Shown here one piece after another: positions 32,754 to 43,201 of a stretch of 64,000 nt of DNA. The notes beneath the pieces were generated by a model, which worked only from the letters and a program-made list of their open reading frames with translations, searched no databases and was not told where the DNA came from. Made by a program: the position numbers and the translations under genes. Each line of letters begins with the position of its first letter. Positions within the stretch are counted from its first letter, which is position 1. The stretch is taken from contig CP067995.1 of NCBI GenBank assembly GCA_045159875.1, positions 2,784,001 through 2,848,000 on the forward strand, given 5' to 3'. The DNA is from a cyanobacterium endosymbiont of Rhopalodia gibba. Its GTDB lineage: Bacteria > Cyanobacteriota > Cyanobacteriia > Cyanobacteriales > Microcystaceae.

Positions 32754-34880
32754 ATGAAAATTTGGAAGTTGTATCACACAGTAACTACATTTTTGCAACC
32801 GTATAAAACTAATTTATTAATTCTCTGTCTTTATGGCGTGATTGCTATTGGATTGATGGGACCGATGGCTTCATCAGAAGTTATTTTTCCTTATCCTGAT
32901 CCCCAGTCTCATATTGGCTATGTTCACCAAGCGCGCCTCGCCTTAGAAGAAGGACAATTTCCACTGAGAGTTGCTCCTGTTGAAAATCATGGTTGGCGTT
33001 ATCCGGGATTTCAATTTTATAGTCAGGTTCCCTATCTTTTCGGCGCATTACTCTATAAATTTATTACCCCATCAAACCCATATGATGCATATAAATTGGT
33101 TATCTGGACATCATTTTTGGTAGGAGCTTTTTATATCTATCGTCTTAGCCTCTGGTTAATTCACTCTCAAACCGGAGCAATTTTAGCAGGAATATCTTAC
33201 ATATCAGCTCCCTATTTTCTTAATAATATTCATGCCAGGGGAGCCTTTACAGAAGCGATCGCCCAAGGAATTTTACCCGTTGTTCTTTATTACACTATTC
33301 AATGTTACGCAACAGGAAAAAGGCGTTATCTCCTTATGAGTGGTTTAAGTTGGTTTTTATTAGCAACTACCCATATTATTACTTTTATTTATACGACTTT
33401 AGCAATAGGGATATTGAGTTTTATTATTTTTCTAAAAACTCGTAAAACAGGGTTTCAATGGTCCCAACTACTACCTCCTCTAATCGCCTATGGACTGGGG
33501 TGGTTATTAGCTTTCTATTTTCTTGTTCCCGTAGTTTTGATGTCAAGTAACCTAGCTGTCGGTAAGCAAGTGGGAGGTTCTAACCCTTTTCACAGTCGTT
33601 GGTATACACCCCTATCTACGCTAATCTCCCCTACCTCTTTACCCCCTGCGCCTTCGGAAACTGGGTTTGCCCCTACCTATGGATTACACCCTGCTGTCGG
33701 TTGGATTTTTCTGGCTGCTTGGGGAGTGGTAATTTATTATCATTACTCTTCCCGTCGAGTCCCTTATAAATTACAGTCAACTCAACCCTATCTTATTGGG
33801 TCACTATGGATCTTTTTAATTGCCTTATTTGCCACTTGGAGTCCCGTCGACTTCTGGAGGTTACTACCCCGTCAATTGTGGGTAACTCAATTTACCTTCC
33901 GTATTTTGACCCATGTTATGTGGTCTGGGGCATTATTGACAGGTTACGCAGTCGTGTTGATATTTCGCCAACGGTTAGACCGTCGTCATTTAGTCATCGG
34001 TATTTTAGTTATTCTTATTGCTAATCGTCCTTGGCTTCCTATTCCTCGCAGTACAGCAACAGTTGCAGACTTAATCAAAGAACCTCTATTTCGATATTCT
34101 GGCGCACTGGATTATTTATATCGCGCCCCCATTACCACATTGTACGGAGGAGCAGAATTACGTTTACTTCCCCTAGACTGGCTTCCTGGGTATGCTACTT
34201 GGGATGTTTTTGTTAATCGTCCACTATTACTGGGAGCAGAATTTCGTTACCCTCTATGGCAAGACAATGAAAATCCAATTCTCCACCTTCAAGGAGAAGT
34301 TGATATAGATAATATTACAGATACAGCCTCGCTAGAGATTCAGTCTGATGGCAGAGCGTTTGATAAAATTCCCTTAACCTCCCGCGCGTTAAATTGGAAA
34401 ATTCCCGTTTATAAGGCTCCTATTTTTGGGGAAGATCTTGGGCTTAAATTTGTATTTAAAGGGTCAACCAATGATGGTCAAATGTTAAAAATACAGGTCA
34501 ACCGACTTTCTTTTGAAGGAATGTCCCCAGCGCATATGGTCATTCCCGTTTTTGTCACCCAAAATAGTTGTTCCCAAAAAGGAATAAGTACCTTGTGTGA
34601 GATTACTCTTAACCAAAATGCTCAGATTGTTCAACTTCCTGTTTTATATTATCCTAATATACTAAAAGTCTGGGTTGATGATCAGCTAATACAGTATTTT
34701 CCAGTGAATCATAGAGATTATAATTTAGTAGGATTAAATTTAAAACCAGGAACCCATAAAATTCGTGTAACTTTTAGTGGTCTAGCTTGGACTAATTGGA
34801 TTAGTAGTTTAGCTTGGTTGGGTTTTGTTTTAGCGGGTCTAACTCTTTTTATACCAAAGAAACTCAAGATAAGCTCCTAG
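32754..34880 (+). CDS. PTPS-related/YfhO-like GT-C membrane protein (paralog 2)
   Basis: Long near-identical blocks with 29780-31996 (IAIGLMGPMAS, ALEEGQFPLR, EAIAQGILPVVLYY, LTHVMWSGALL). Confidence 0.8.
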   Translation: MKIWKLYHTVTTFLQPYKTNLLILCLYGVIAIGLMGPMASSEVIFPYPDPQSHIGYVHQARLALEEGQFPLRVAPVENHGWRYPGFQFYSQVPYLFGALLYKFITPSNPYDAYKLVIWTSFLVGAFYIYRLSLWLIHSQTGAILAGISYISAPYFLNNIHARGAFTEAIAQGILPVVLYYTIQCYATGKRRYLLMSGLSWFLLATTHIITFIYTTLAIGILSFIIFLKTRKTGFQWSQLLPPLIAYGLGWLLAFYFLVPVVLMSSNLAVGKQVGGSNPFHSRWYTPLSTLISPTSLPPAPSETGFAPTYGLHPAVGWIFLAAWGVVIYYHYSSRRVPYKLQSTQPYLIGSLWIFLIALFATWSPVDFWRLLPRQLWVTQFTFRILTHVMWSGALLTGYAVVLIFRQRLDRRHLVIGILVILIANRPWLPIPRSTATVADLIKEPLFRYSGALDYLYRAPITTLYGGAELRLLPLDWLPGYATWDVFVNRPLLLGAEFRYPLWQDNENPILHLQGEVDIDNITDTASLEIQSDGRAFDKIPLTSRALNWKIPVYKAPIFGEDLGLKFVFKGSTNDGQMLKIQVNRLSFEGMSPAHMVIPVFVTQNSCSQKGISTLCEITLNQNAQIVQLPVLYYPNILKVWVDDQLIQYFPVNHRDYNLVGLNLKPGTHKIRVTFSGLAWTNWISSLAWLGFVLAGLTLFIPKKLKISS

Positions 34881-34948
34881 TTTTTTTATGCTAGTGTGTG
34901 TATCACAAACTTAAAAAACGGTTTAGACACACAACAGTTTATTGGTAA

Positions 34949-36517
34949 TCAATCCTTAATTAACTTAACTAATCGATAATATCGTTCCCCATTAATTGCC
35001 TTAAACGTCTTAATATCTTGCCAACGATATTCATCTGTTTTTAACACATTATTATCGCGGTAATAATGCAGTAAGTAAAGACAATCATCATTCAGATGGT
35101 CCTCAACTTTTGGTAAATCTCCCTGATTATAAGGTTCGAAATCTATGATCTTCCATCGTTTCATATCCAATTTATTAGTAACAACATCAATGTTAAGTTC
35201 TTGATACTCAGCTGCTGGCATTTGTGTATAAAATGGAACCAATATATAAGCATACTTGCTCTCAATATTATCACTAATAAGTATGCAGTCAGTGTTGCTT
35301 TTGTCTGCTTCGAAAATAACATCCTGAAAGGTTGGCAACCAAGCATCTGACTGTAGCTTAGGATAGTCAACAAAATAATGTTCAGTAAAAATGGTTAAAC
35401 TAGCAAAAATAATCAATAAACTTACCCATGTTATTATATACTTGGACTTACCATTAAATTTATTGAGTAACAAGAATATTCCATAGCTAGATATCATCGC
35501 AAAAAGAGGTGCACCGACACAAGTCCTAACCGCACTCCATGGACTAACTAATGCGGCTGGAATAGGGTAAAGAAACAACCATAAAATGAGTATTTGCTTA
35601 TATTTAACTTGATTTTTAATTAATCCTGCTATGCCTAAGATTAAAGTCACTATTTCAAATATATATAATTCCCCCGTATTATCAATAGTGTGTCTAGGAA
35701 TAGGATCTCCTTTAAAAAATAAATAATCAGGACTAAAATAGGAGAAATAATGACCTACAATTTTGGGTATATTTGTTAAGAGACCAACTTCATTAGCTCT
35801 GGCCATTCCTTGAGGTGAAAGTTGATAAATCAACTGAGGAATAAATAAAATAGTAAAGAGTATTAGAGCAAGGATTGTTTGATTTTTATGTTTGATTAAG
35901 TATTGTCTATAAATGATTACTGAACCCATCATGAAGAGAGGAACAAATACCCTAGCGGAGTAAAAAGTGTAAATACTGATTGCAAATAATAAACCCGATA
36001 TAGGAATTAATTTAGGAGTCTTAAGACTTCTCAAGAAAATTAGTAGTGCAGTACAAAATAATAAGGGAAATAAGATAGCTCTAAAAGTAATTCTACTAAA
36101 GTGAATATGCCAAGGAGAAATGGCTAAAAGTAAGGCAGCAAATAAGGCAACACGTCGAGAGAAAATTTCTTTAGTTAAATAATATAGAACTAAAACCGTC
36201 AAAGTTCCGATGACAGCTGATGTCATTCTAGCCCCAAATACATTAAGTCCGAAAACTTTGATAAAAGGGACCATCAGATATATATATAATCCTTCACGGT
36301 AGTCATTAGCTGACTTAAAATATGCTGGTAAAAATTCCCCATATTGATCCCTTAAAGTGTGAATTATAGAATAGGCATCATAAGCATTAGAAGCCTCATC
36401 GGGAAAAAATCCATTGGGAATAGTTCCCAAAAACATGACTCTCAATAAAAACCCTAAAATAACAATTCCCAAAAGATAAAAAATACTGAGACTTTCCGTC
36501 TGAATATGTTTAAGCAT
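34949..36517 (-). CDS. ArnT/GT39-like membrane glycosyltransferase
   Basis: GFFPDEASNAYDAYS, FGLNVFGAR, AISPWHIHFSR, YFSPDYLFFKGD. Confidence 0.87.
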   Translation of the reverse strand: MLKHIQTESLSIFYLLGIVILGFLLRVMFLGTIPNGFFPDEASNAYDAYSIIHTLRDQYGEFLPAYFKSANDYREGLYIYLMVPFIKVFGLNVFGARMTSAVIGTLTVLVLYYLTKEIFSRRVALFAALLLAISPWHIHFSRITFRAILFPLLFCTALLIFLRSLKTPKLIPISGLLFAISIYTFYSARVFVPLFMMGSVIIYRQYLIKHKNQTILALILFTILFIPQLIYQLSPQGMARANEVGLLTNIPKIVGHYFSYFSPDYLFFKGDPIPRHTIDNTGELYIFEIVTLILGIAGLIKNQVKYKQILILWLFLYPIPAALVSPWSAVRTCVGAPLFAMISSYGIFLLLNKFNGKSKYIITWVSLLIIFASLTIFTEHYFVDYPKLQSDAWLPTFQDVIFEADKSNTDCILISDNIESKYAYILVPFYTQMPAAEYQELNIDVVTNKLDMKRWKIIDFEPYNQGDLPKVEDHLNDDCLYLLHYYRDNNVLKTDEYRWQDIKTFKAINGERYYRLVKLIKD

Positions 36518-36687
36518 ATTAAGGATTAGGCTCTAAAGGAGCTGCTATAGACTTATATTATAATGACTTAATTTATATTAAATCTTCATCTAATAATCTA
36601 CTTATCTTTATAACTTCTCAATAAAATCTTTTAGCCATAAATAGCTTCTGTTAAACAAACAGGACTAAATGACACAATAAATAGTAG

Positions 36688-38532
36688 TTATCGAACGATT
36701 CGTCTACCTTCACATTTTTCTTCTATATACTCTGGCGACATATCAAATTCCGCTTTGATTGAATAATCAGAGTAAGAGTGAAAATAAGAATTATAAAGGA
36801 AAGAATGAGGAACTTTTGCTACTAGACAAATCTGCTCTCCCTGAGCAAAACTTTTTAATAAGTTTTGATCAATAATGTCAGTTCTCTGAACCTGATCATG
36901 AATTGAAGAAAACTCAGGGATTGTAAAAAAATATCGAGTTTTGGTAATAAAAATTATCATAAAACCAGCGGCAATCAAAGCTAAATTTTCAGGTTTAATC
37001 CATGAAATTTTTGGAGAAGAACCTTCTACTAAACGACAAATAAAATAACAATTTAATGAAACAAAAACAATCATCCAATACATATAATATCGAAGTTCAT
37101 AAGACTGAGGCATAATCGATGTAAGTAGGGTCATAATAACCATTAATGCAATGGCTACTTTTGAATCAGTATTGTTATGTTTCCAACAAAGAAAAATGAA
37201 TAATAGTATGTTAAAAACTACATATCCGCCAAAATATCCTCCCATTCCAAATTTTTCTTCATTCCAGGAAATAAAGTCCATTGCTAGAGTCCATTGCCAG
37301 GGTCTTCTTGAATCAAAAGCATTAATTTCTAAAACTGACTTTGCCCACCGGAAAGTAGGGGAAAGTTTTTTAATATTTTCGTGCATAAAATCTGGTACTG
37401 CTTCATTATGATTAAGAACCATTCCAGCAATTTCTATTTTGACGGGATAAAATGGATTTTGATACAAAACTAGATTTTTAATCGGTGTAGCAAAAATTAT
37501 TAGACTAGCGACAAAGCTAATTAATAATGGTTTCGTTAACTCTATTATTCTAGATTTTCCTTGGGTAGTATTTTTCCAAAATTGAATCAGGATATTAGTT
37601 AGAGTAAAGCAAAGAGTTATAAAGGTAACAGGAATAAGTTGAAACTTAGTGTTGGCTGCTGCAGTAGCAGATAAAAAGATTACAAACAGGTTATTAATAT
37701 TAAAATCAATTTTTTTTGTGTATAAGAGGTAGGTCGTTAAAATAAGGATTGAGACGGAAACATTTCCAGGTAAATCAATATAACTTCTAGCTGCGTGCAT
37801 GTGAACCATGGGAACAGCTAAGAGGGCAATTGTTCCTAAATAGAAAGGAATTCTTAGATAAAAAGTTAGATAACTAATGAAAACTATCAAACTAACATAA
37901 CACAATAAGTTAGTTGCCTCTGGTTTCTGGAAAATAAACCAAAAAAAACCTTGTAAAAAGTTAGCTAGTAGAGGAAATCCCAGAAAACGGTGTTCTGTAT
38001 TGTACTCAAAAGTGTACTGTTCTGGAGGAATAATGTGCCAAATTCTAGCTGCAAAGGGTACATGATACATAAAAGCATCACCCCCATAATTAGCATCGAA
38101 GAAACTAATTAAAAAGATAGAGAATAAAATTAGGCTTGCAGTAACTGTCAGAATGGTTTTAAGATTAAAGTATTTAAAAAGTATCAGAATTTTATTGATT
38201 GTTCGACTTATTTTATCTAATCTATTGTATTTGTTAAATGTTTCAGAATCTTTGAAATTTTCGAGAAAACTTAAACTAATAAAACCCAATCCCAGTCCTC
38301 CTAAACACATCCTCATTATTCTGAGAACTGAAGCGTCAACATAATTAAAGTAGCCCATAATTCCTAAAATTAAAGCCAAAGAAATTAAACCACTTCCTCC
38401 TGTGAAACGCGGCTCATTTTTTAACTTCAATAGCCAAGGAATATGTTGAAAAATAGGAAGTCCTGAATAAACTAATAGAGTCATGCTCAACAAAGCAATA
38501 CCTAAGATGAGGCTTAATAATGGGACTAGCAT
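36688..38532 (-). CDS. Polytopic membrane protein, putative GT-C glycosyltransferase with N-terminal extension
   Basis: GDAFMYHVPFAAR, SYIDL, ANTK, NPFYP, ELRY; many TMs. Confidence 0.7.
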   Translation of the reverse strand: MLVPLLSLILGIALLSMTLLVYSGLPIFQHIPWLLKLKNEPRFTGGSGLISLALILGIMGYFNYVDASVLRIMRMCLGGLGLGFISLSFLENFKDSETFNKYNRLDKISRTINKILILFKYFNLKTILTVTASLILFSIFLISFFDANYGGDAFMYHVPFAARIWHIIPPEQYTFEYNTEHRFLGFPLLANFLQGFFWFIFQKPEATNLLCYVSLIVFISYLTFYLRIPFYLGTIALLAVPMVHMHAARSYIDLPGNVSVSILILTTYLLYTKKIDFNINNLFVIFLSATAAANTKFQLIPVTFITLCFTLTNILIQFWKNTTQGKSRIIELTKPLLISFVASLIIFATPIKNLVLYQNPFYPVKIEIAGMVLNHNEAVPDFMHENIKKLSPTFRWAKSVLEINAFDSRRPWQWTLAMDFISWNEEKFGMGGYFGGYVVFNILLFIFLCWKHNNTDSKVAIALMVIMTLLTSIMPQSYELRYYMYWMIVFVSLNCYFICRLVEGSSPKISWIKPENLALIAAGFMIIFITKTRYFFTIPEFSSIHDQVQRTDIIDQNLLKSFAQGEQICLVAKVPHSFLYNSYFHSYSDYSIKAEFDMSPEYIEEKCEGRRIVR

Positions 38533-38579
38533 GATTTTTGATTTTATAGTGATTCGGAAAAAATAACTGGACTAGATAT

Positions 38580-39743
38580 TTAGATATAAAGGTTAGTAGG
38601 TTGGTTTTGAAAATTAGTAACTTTTCTGATTTTTGCTCCTTGTACAAATAGAGTTTTGTCCTTTGTTCCATTAAGAAATTCAAAATAAAAATCAACTTTT
38701 GAAGTTTCAGACAAATGAATCACCCAATCACGATAACTAGAAGCTAGTAAGTTACTATAGGCATGATAACGAAAAATATTTTTTTCCCCTACTCTCACAC
38801 CACAGGTTAAATCATTATCTTGACCTTGAGCCACAAAATCAATATCAATTAGATAACGTCCTTTATCTAGAATCAAAGGGGTTCCGAGATAAATTGAACC
38901 ATCAGTTTTAGTCTCAAAATCTGTTGCCTCCAAGGAAATATATTCCTCAAAGTCAAAGGGAGGATTATAAACTACTTCAGACAGCCTATTTTGATGAATA
39001 TAGAGGTTATTCCTAATTTCAACCCCTTTAGGATAGTCTTGTGAACTTTCAATGATCTGATAGGTGTTTAAATCGATGGAAATATAACCAGCTTCTCTCA
39101 AAAAATCGAGACAGTTGGTATCCTCGGGTTGAGTTTCTAAAATTAAATGTGGTTTAGCTGATTTGATAGTTTTATTCATTCCTTTTACTGCATCAAATTC
39201 AGCTCCTTCAATGTCCATTTTGACCAGATCAGGGACTAACCCAGTGTGTTCTACAAAATCATCTAAGGCAATAGTTGAAACCTGATAAGTAGCAGACTCA
39301 CTTTGTTTATTTGTATAAATACTATCGTTAAGATGACTACCTAAATAAATGGGAACAGTTCCATAGGATTTATGATAAACCGCAGTATGAAAAAGTTGTA
39401 CATTACTACAGCCACTCAAAACGATATTACGTTGACATTTATCAACAATTCGGGGACTGGCTTCAAAGGAACAAACCACTCCCCTTGGTCCTACCATACG
39501 AGACATAACGGTGGTTAATCCCCCAAAATTGGCTCCTACATCAAATACTACATGCCCAGGACGACAGAGATCTCGTAATGCCAGTTGGACAGGGGGTTCC
39601 CAGAAGTTCTCTTTATACCAAGGAGCAACCCCATAGAGTTTAACCTCTTCTAGTTTTTGATTGACTCCCAGTTGTCGATCAATCTCTGGGGACAATGCCC
39701 GACTCAGACGAACTTTAAACCAGTCTTTCAATTGATTAATCAT
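38580..39743 (-). CDS. FkbM-family methyltransferase
   Basis: FDVGANFG, FEASP, VKMDIEGAE; start overlaps the upstream stop (TAATG). Confidence 0.92.
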   Translation of the reverse strand: MINQLKDWFKVRLSRALSPEIDRQLGVNQKLEEVKLYGVAPWYKENFWEPPVQLALRDLCRPGHVVFDVGANFGGLTTVMSRMVGPRGVVCSFEASPRIVDKCQRNIVLSGCSNVQLFHTAVYHKSYGTVPIYLGSHLNDSIYTNKQSESATYQVSTIALDDFVEHTGLVPDLVKMDIEGAEFDAVKGMNKTIKSAKPHLILETQPEDTNCLDFLREAGYISIDLNTYQIIESSQDYPKGVEIRNNLYIHQNRLSEVVYNPPFDFEEYISLEATDFETKTDGSIYLGTPLILDKGRYLIDIDFVAQGQDNDLTCGVRVGEKNIFRYHAYSNLLASSYRDWVIHLSETSKVDFYFEFLNGTKDKTLFVQGAKIRKVTNFQNQPTNLYI

Positions 39744-42700
39744 TAACTTTTTTCTACCTCAGTAAACCAAAGAAACGCGTGTTGTTCATGACGATTATCA
39801 TTGAAAATTTTATAGTTTGGTTGTAAGCCAAAACTTTGTTCTGAATTCCAAGATTTGAGATGTTCTCGCTCAATTTTATGGGCAAGATTTCGAGTTTGCA
39901 ATATACGTCCTAAGGGAGAAAACCGAGAAAGTTTAGGCATCCAATCCAACTCTCGATATGCCTTAAGGAGAGTTTTTATTCCTATAAAATATTTGAGAAC
40001 TTGGGATTCTGGAGCAATTTCTCTCAAATATAAACTCAGGTTGTAAGCATACTCTAAATCAGTACTGGTATGACAGCAGTAGGACTTGCGATAACATAAA
40101 CATAGGTGAATTAATTGCTCTATTTCCTCAGTCTTTCGACTAGCAAAAGCATAACGCACCCCCGCTAAGGTTCGATGTATATACCACGCTCGCAAATCTT
40201 CAATTTCTGCTTGAGGGCTTTGGGTAGTTCGTTCATCAGGATAGTTCCAAAAAACTCCTAAAGTTCGGTCAATAACTTTACTTTTAATAAAGGGTAAAAC
40301 TCTACTCTTAAACTCCGTATCTCCTGCACCTTGAAATGTCCCATCATAGTATCCAAACCGGTCATGAATTGAACGGCGATATAATGCTCCTACCCAAGAT
40401 AAATAACAGGTTTCTAAGTAAACTAAATCTTGCTTATATTTACTTCTAGAATAGGGCATTATATCGTTGATCCAACTGCCATGTTTATCAACATTTGTGA
40501 CTAAACTGTTGCCAATTACCCAGTCAAGTTTAGGATCTTTATCTAATTCTTTCGCCAAGACTTCTAAACACTCAGGAAGAATTGTTTCATCTACTCCTAA
40601 AAAAGATAAATAAGGAGCTCTAGAAAGAGAAATTCCACGGTTCCAAGCTGCCTGAATAGTTTCTCGTTCGCGCGATTTCACATAAAGAATTGGTAAATTA
40701 AGTTTGGGAGCCAATTGTTGGAAAACTACGTATTCATCCCCTGGCGAACCACTATCAACCAGAATAATCTCTCCGCATCCTGATTGCATTAAACTTTGAT
40801 GCTGTAAGGTTTTCAGAAATAAAGGAAGTTTTTCAGCCGCATTATAGAGAGAAACAATAACACTTACTCGATAACTAGACTTTTCTCGGCGATCATCTAT
40901 AATTTCATAGTTCCAGTCAGGATTATTGTGTTTGTTTTCGTTAAAAGCCTGCTCAATTAGAGTGTGACATCGACCTTCTCGTTCGGCTAAATTGCCATAC
41001 ATTGCTTGTAGAACCTGCACTTCACGAGTTAACCCTTTCTTTTCTAAAGTTTGTAGGACAAAGGGGAGATCTCTAAAATTATCGCCGTCTAATAAACGCA
41101 TTCCCCGAACCTTATAGGTAGCAGCTACAAAGTCATTACCTCGTAATTCCTCGAGTCTAGCAATTTCTCTCCACAAACGCACCCTATCAATACGATAGCC
41201 ATTCTCCAAGCGAGCTCGCCAGTTTTGAACATCCGCCTCAAAAGCTGATCCTAACTTCCAACATTCTTTAACTTTATTCCCCAAATCTTTCTGAGTTAAT
41301 TCAGACCCATTAAATGTATATTTATAGCGTCTGATTAATTTGGAAGCTTTTAAAACTTGAGCATTACTTGTTTCCTCTAAAGGTTTTCTTAATTTTTCTT
41401 TAACTTCTCCAATAGTTTGTTTTAGTTGTTTATAAGCAGGTTTAATTTTGGACTTAACCTCAGATTTTGCTGCTTTAATAATTGGTATTTTAGAAAAACT
41501 AAAGCCAAGTTGACCTGATTCCCAATAATCAATAAGTTGAGAATACCACTGGTCTAATTCATTTCTAATTTGTACATCAGCTACAGAAGATTGATTATAA
41601 ATCTCTTCTAAGATAGGATCAGTTATTTCTAAATTAGTACAGAGAATTGTGTCTACTAAGTTTTGGCGATATTCTTCATAGTTTTCTAACACTTGAATAA
41701 TTGCTGGGAGACTCGAATAAATATCATTAATATCAATGGTTATAAAAGGAACTTTTGGAAATTGTTCCTCTAAAAAGCGACAAACTCCGGCTTTATTGCC
41801 GACTACTGTTGGACAACCAGATAATAGGGATTCTAAGGCAACTAAATTAAAAGTATCATATCTTGACGGCACAAAAGTAATAGATTTACTCGCAAACAAC
41901 TCTATCAATTCTCTTTTACTGACTGGAGGACTTATGGAGAGATCTTTGAGTCGGTTTTTCAACATCTTTTCAAGGTAATATTGAGAAGAAATTGTGTTGT
42001 TATAGTTATAACTGTGTGGACCAATAATTTGAGCACGAGTATAGCTAGAACGGGGGAGCCACCATACTAAATCAATAAAAATGTCAGGCCCTTTTCGTTT
42101 TTCTGTTCGTCCAATAAAATTTAAGCTCGGGGCAGTTTCTGATGTTAAACATTGGGTAGGCTTAGGAAGATCAAAAAAATGGAGGGGATTATAATAATAC
42201 GATGGGAGATCAGAAATTTCTCTCCATTCATCTAGATAACTTTTACTAATACCATAGCGAATATCTACAGCTTTATACTGCATCATTTCTTGAATATCCA
42301 AGGGTATATTATCTCGTCCAAAGTCAAACCAATCTAACCGTAAGGTTTTAGATATTTTTCCATGCATTGATAGGACAATACTTTTAAAATTGACTTGATA
42401 ACGATTTAGGGCTGATCTCAAAAAGATTCCCCATTGTTCATAATCGGGAACGTCAATGATATCAAACTGTTGACCGGCCGCAGAAGCAGCAATATTGCTA
42501 GCCATAACACAAGCCCGTTCAACCCATTTAGGAGGAGTTACTTCAAAGAAATTCTTAAAATCAGTAAGTAGAAATTTTTCTTGATACTCAAGAACATTAG
42601 CATTGAGTGGGCGAGAAGTGTTTAAAGGTTCTTTTTCGAGAAGATAATAAAACTCAATCTGAGGATTTTTTTGAATAACACTTTTGTAAAAGGTTTGTCC

Positions 42701-42748
42701 ACCCCCTACTTTACTGAATAAATCAAAATCTGCAATCAGAACTTTCAT
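39743..42748 (-). CDS. Bifunctional glycosyltransferase (GT4 N-terminal + GT2 C-terminal)
   Basis: GGGQT, FIGRTEKRKG, PSRYDTFNLVALE (GT-B); VIVSLYN, LVDSGS, AWNRG, FLGVDE (GT-A). Confidence 0.9.
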   Translation of the reverse strand: MKVLIADFDLFSKVGGGQTFYKSVIQKNPQIEFYYLLEKEPLNTSRPLNANVLEYQEKFLLTDFKNFFEVTPPKWVERACVMASNIAASAAGQQFDIIDVPDYEQWGIFLRSALNRYQVNFKSIVLSMHGKISKTLRLDWFDFGRDNIPLDIQEMMQYKAVDIRYGISKSYLDEWREISDLPSYYYNPLHFFDLPKPTQCLTSETAPSLNFIGRTEKRKGPDIFIDLVWWLPRSSYTRAQIIGPHSYNYNNTISSQYYLEKMLKNRLKDLSISPPVSKRELIELFASKSITFVPSRYDTFNLVALESLLSGCPTVVGNKAGVCRFLEEQFPKVPFITIDINDIYSSLPAIIQVLENYEEYRQNLVDTILCTNLEITDPILEEIYNQSSVADVQIRNELDQWYSQLIDYWESGQLGFSFSKIPIIKAAKSEVKSKIKPAYKQLKQTIGEVKEKLRKPLEETSNAQVLKASKLIRRYKYTFNGSELTQKDLGNKVKECWKLGSAFEADVQNWRARLENGYRIDRVRLWREIARLEELRGNDFVAATYKVRGMRLLDGDNFRDLPFVLQTLEKKGLTREVQVLQAMYGNLAEREGRCHTLIEQAFNENKHNNPDWNYEIIDDRREKSSYRVSVIVSLYNAAEKLPLFLKTLQHQSLMQSGCGEIILVDSGSPGDEYVVFQQLAPKLNLPILYVKSRERETIQAAWNRGISLSRAPYLSFLGVDETILPECLEVLAKELDKDPKLDWVIGNSLVTNVDKHGSWINDIMPYSRSKYKQDLVYLETCYLSWVGALYRRSIHDRFGYYDGTFQGAGDTEFKSRVLPFIKSKVIDRTLGVFWNYPDERTTQSPQAEIEDLRAWYIHRTLAGVRYAFASRKTEEIEQLIHLCLCYRKSYCCHTSTDLEYAYNLSLYLREIAPESQVLKYFIGIKTLLKAYRELDWMPKLSRFSPLGRILQTRNLAHKIEREHLKSWNSEQSFGLQPNYKIFNDNRHEQHAFLWFTEVEKS

Positions 42749-43201
42749 GATATTTTAGTTAATAACGCTTCTCTGGTTTAAACATATTTTTTATGTTTGT
42801 AATAAATCCCCAAGAGGCTTATCCAATAGGGCTGAAGCCTTTAGGAAAAACTTTAACTTTATAAGAAATAAATAGTTAATTTTACTTAGGGACTGAGTTA
42901 ATAGATTAAAACCATTACATTCGTAGAATCTTAGGAACAAGAGTCAAGTAAGTCAACTCATGACTGGTCAATAATATTAATGTTTAACCTGGTTTTGGTT
43001 TAAAATACCTAATCATTGTGATTAAATCTACATCCCCAAAGGGTAACAAATTCGACAATCATTAGACTTTTCAGTAGTCGACGTGTTAGTTTTAGGGTAG
43101 GTTCCCTCTAGTCCAGGCGAGAATGAGACCGGAAAAGATAACTAATCGAAGAAAAACAAAACTTACAGCCTTTAGATGTAGAATGCTCCTAGAAATAATT
43201 G

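Noticed and set aside
42800..43195. IS200/IS605 or IscB omega-RNA remnant
   Set aside because: Only a faint CCTTTAG-type end resemblance; no tnpA/tnpB/iscB coding trace
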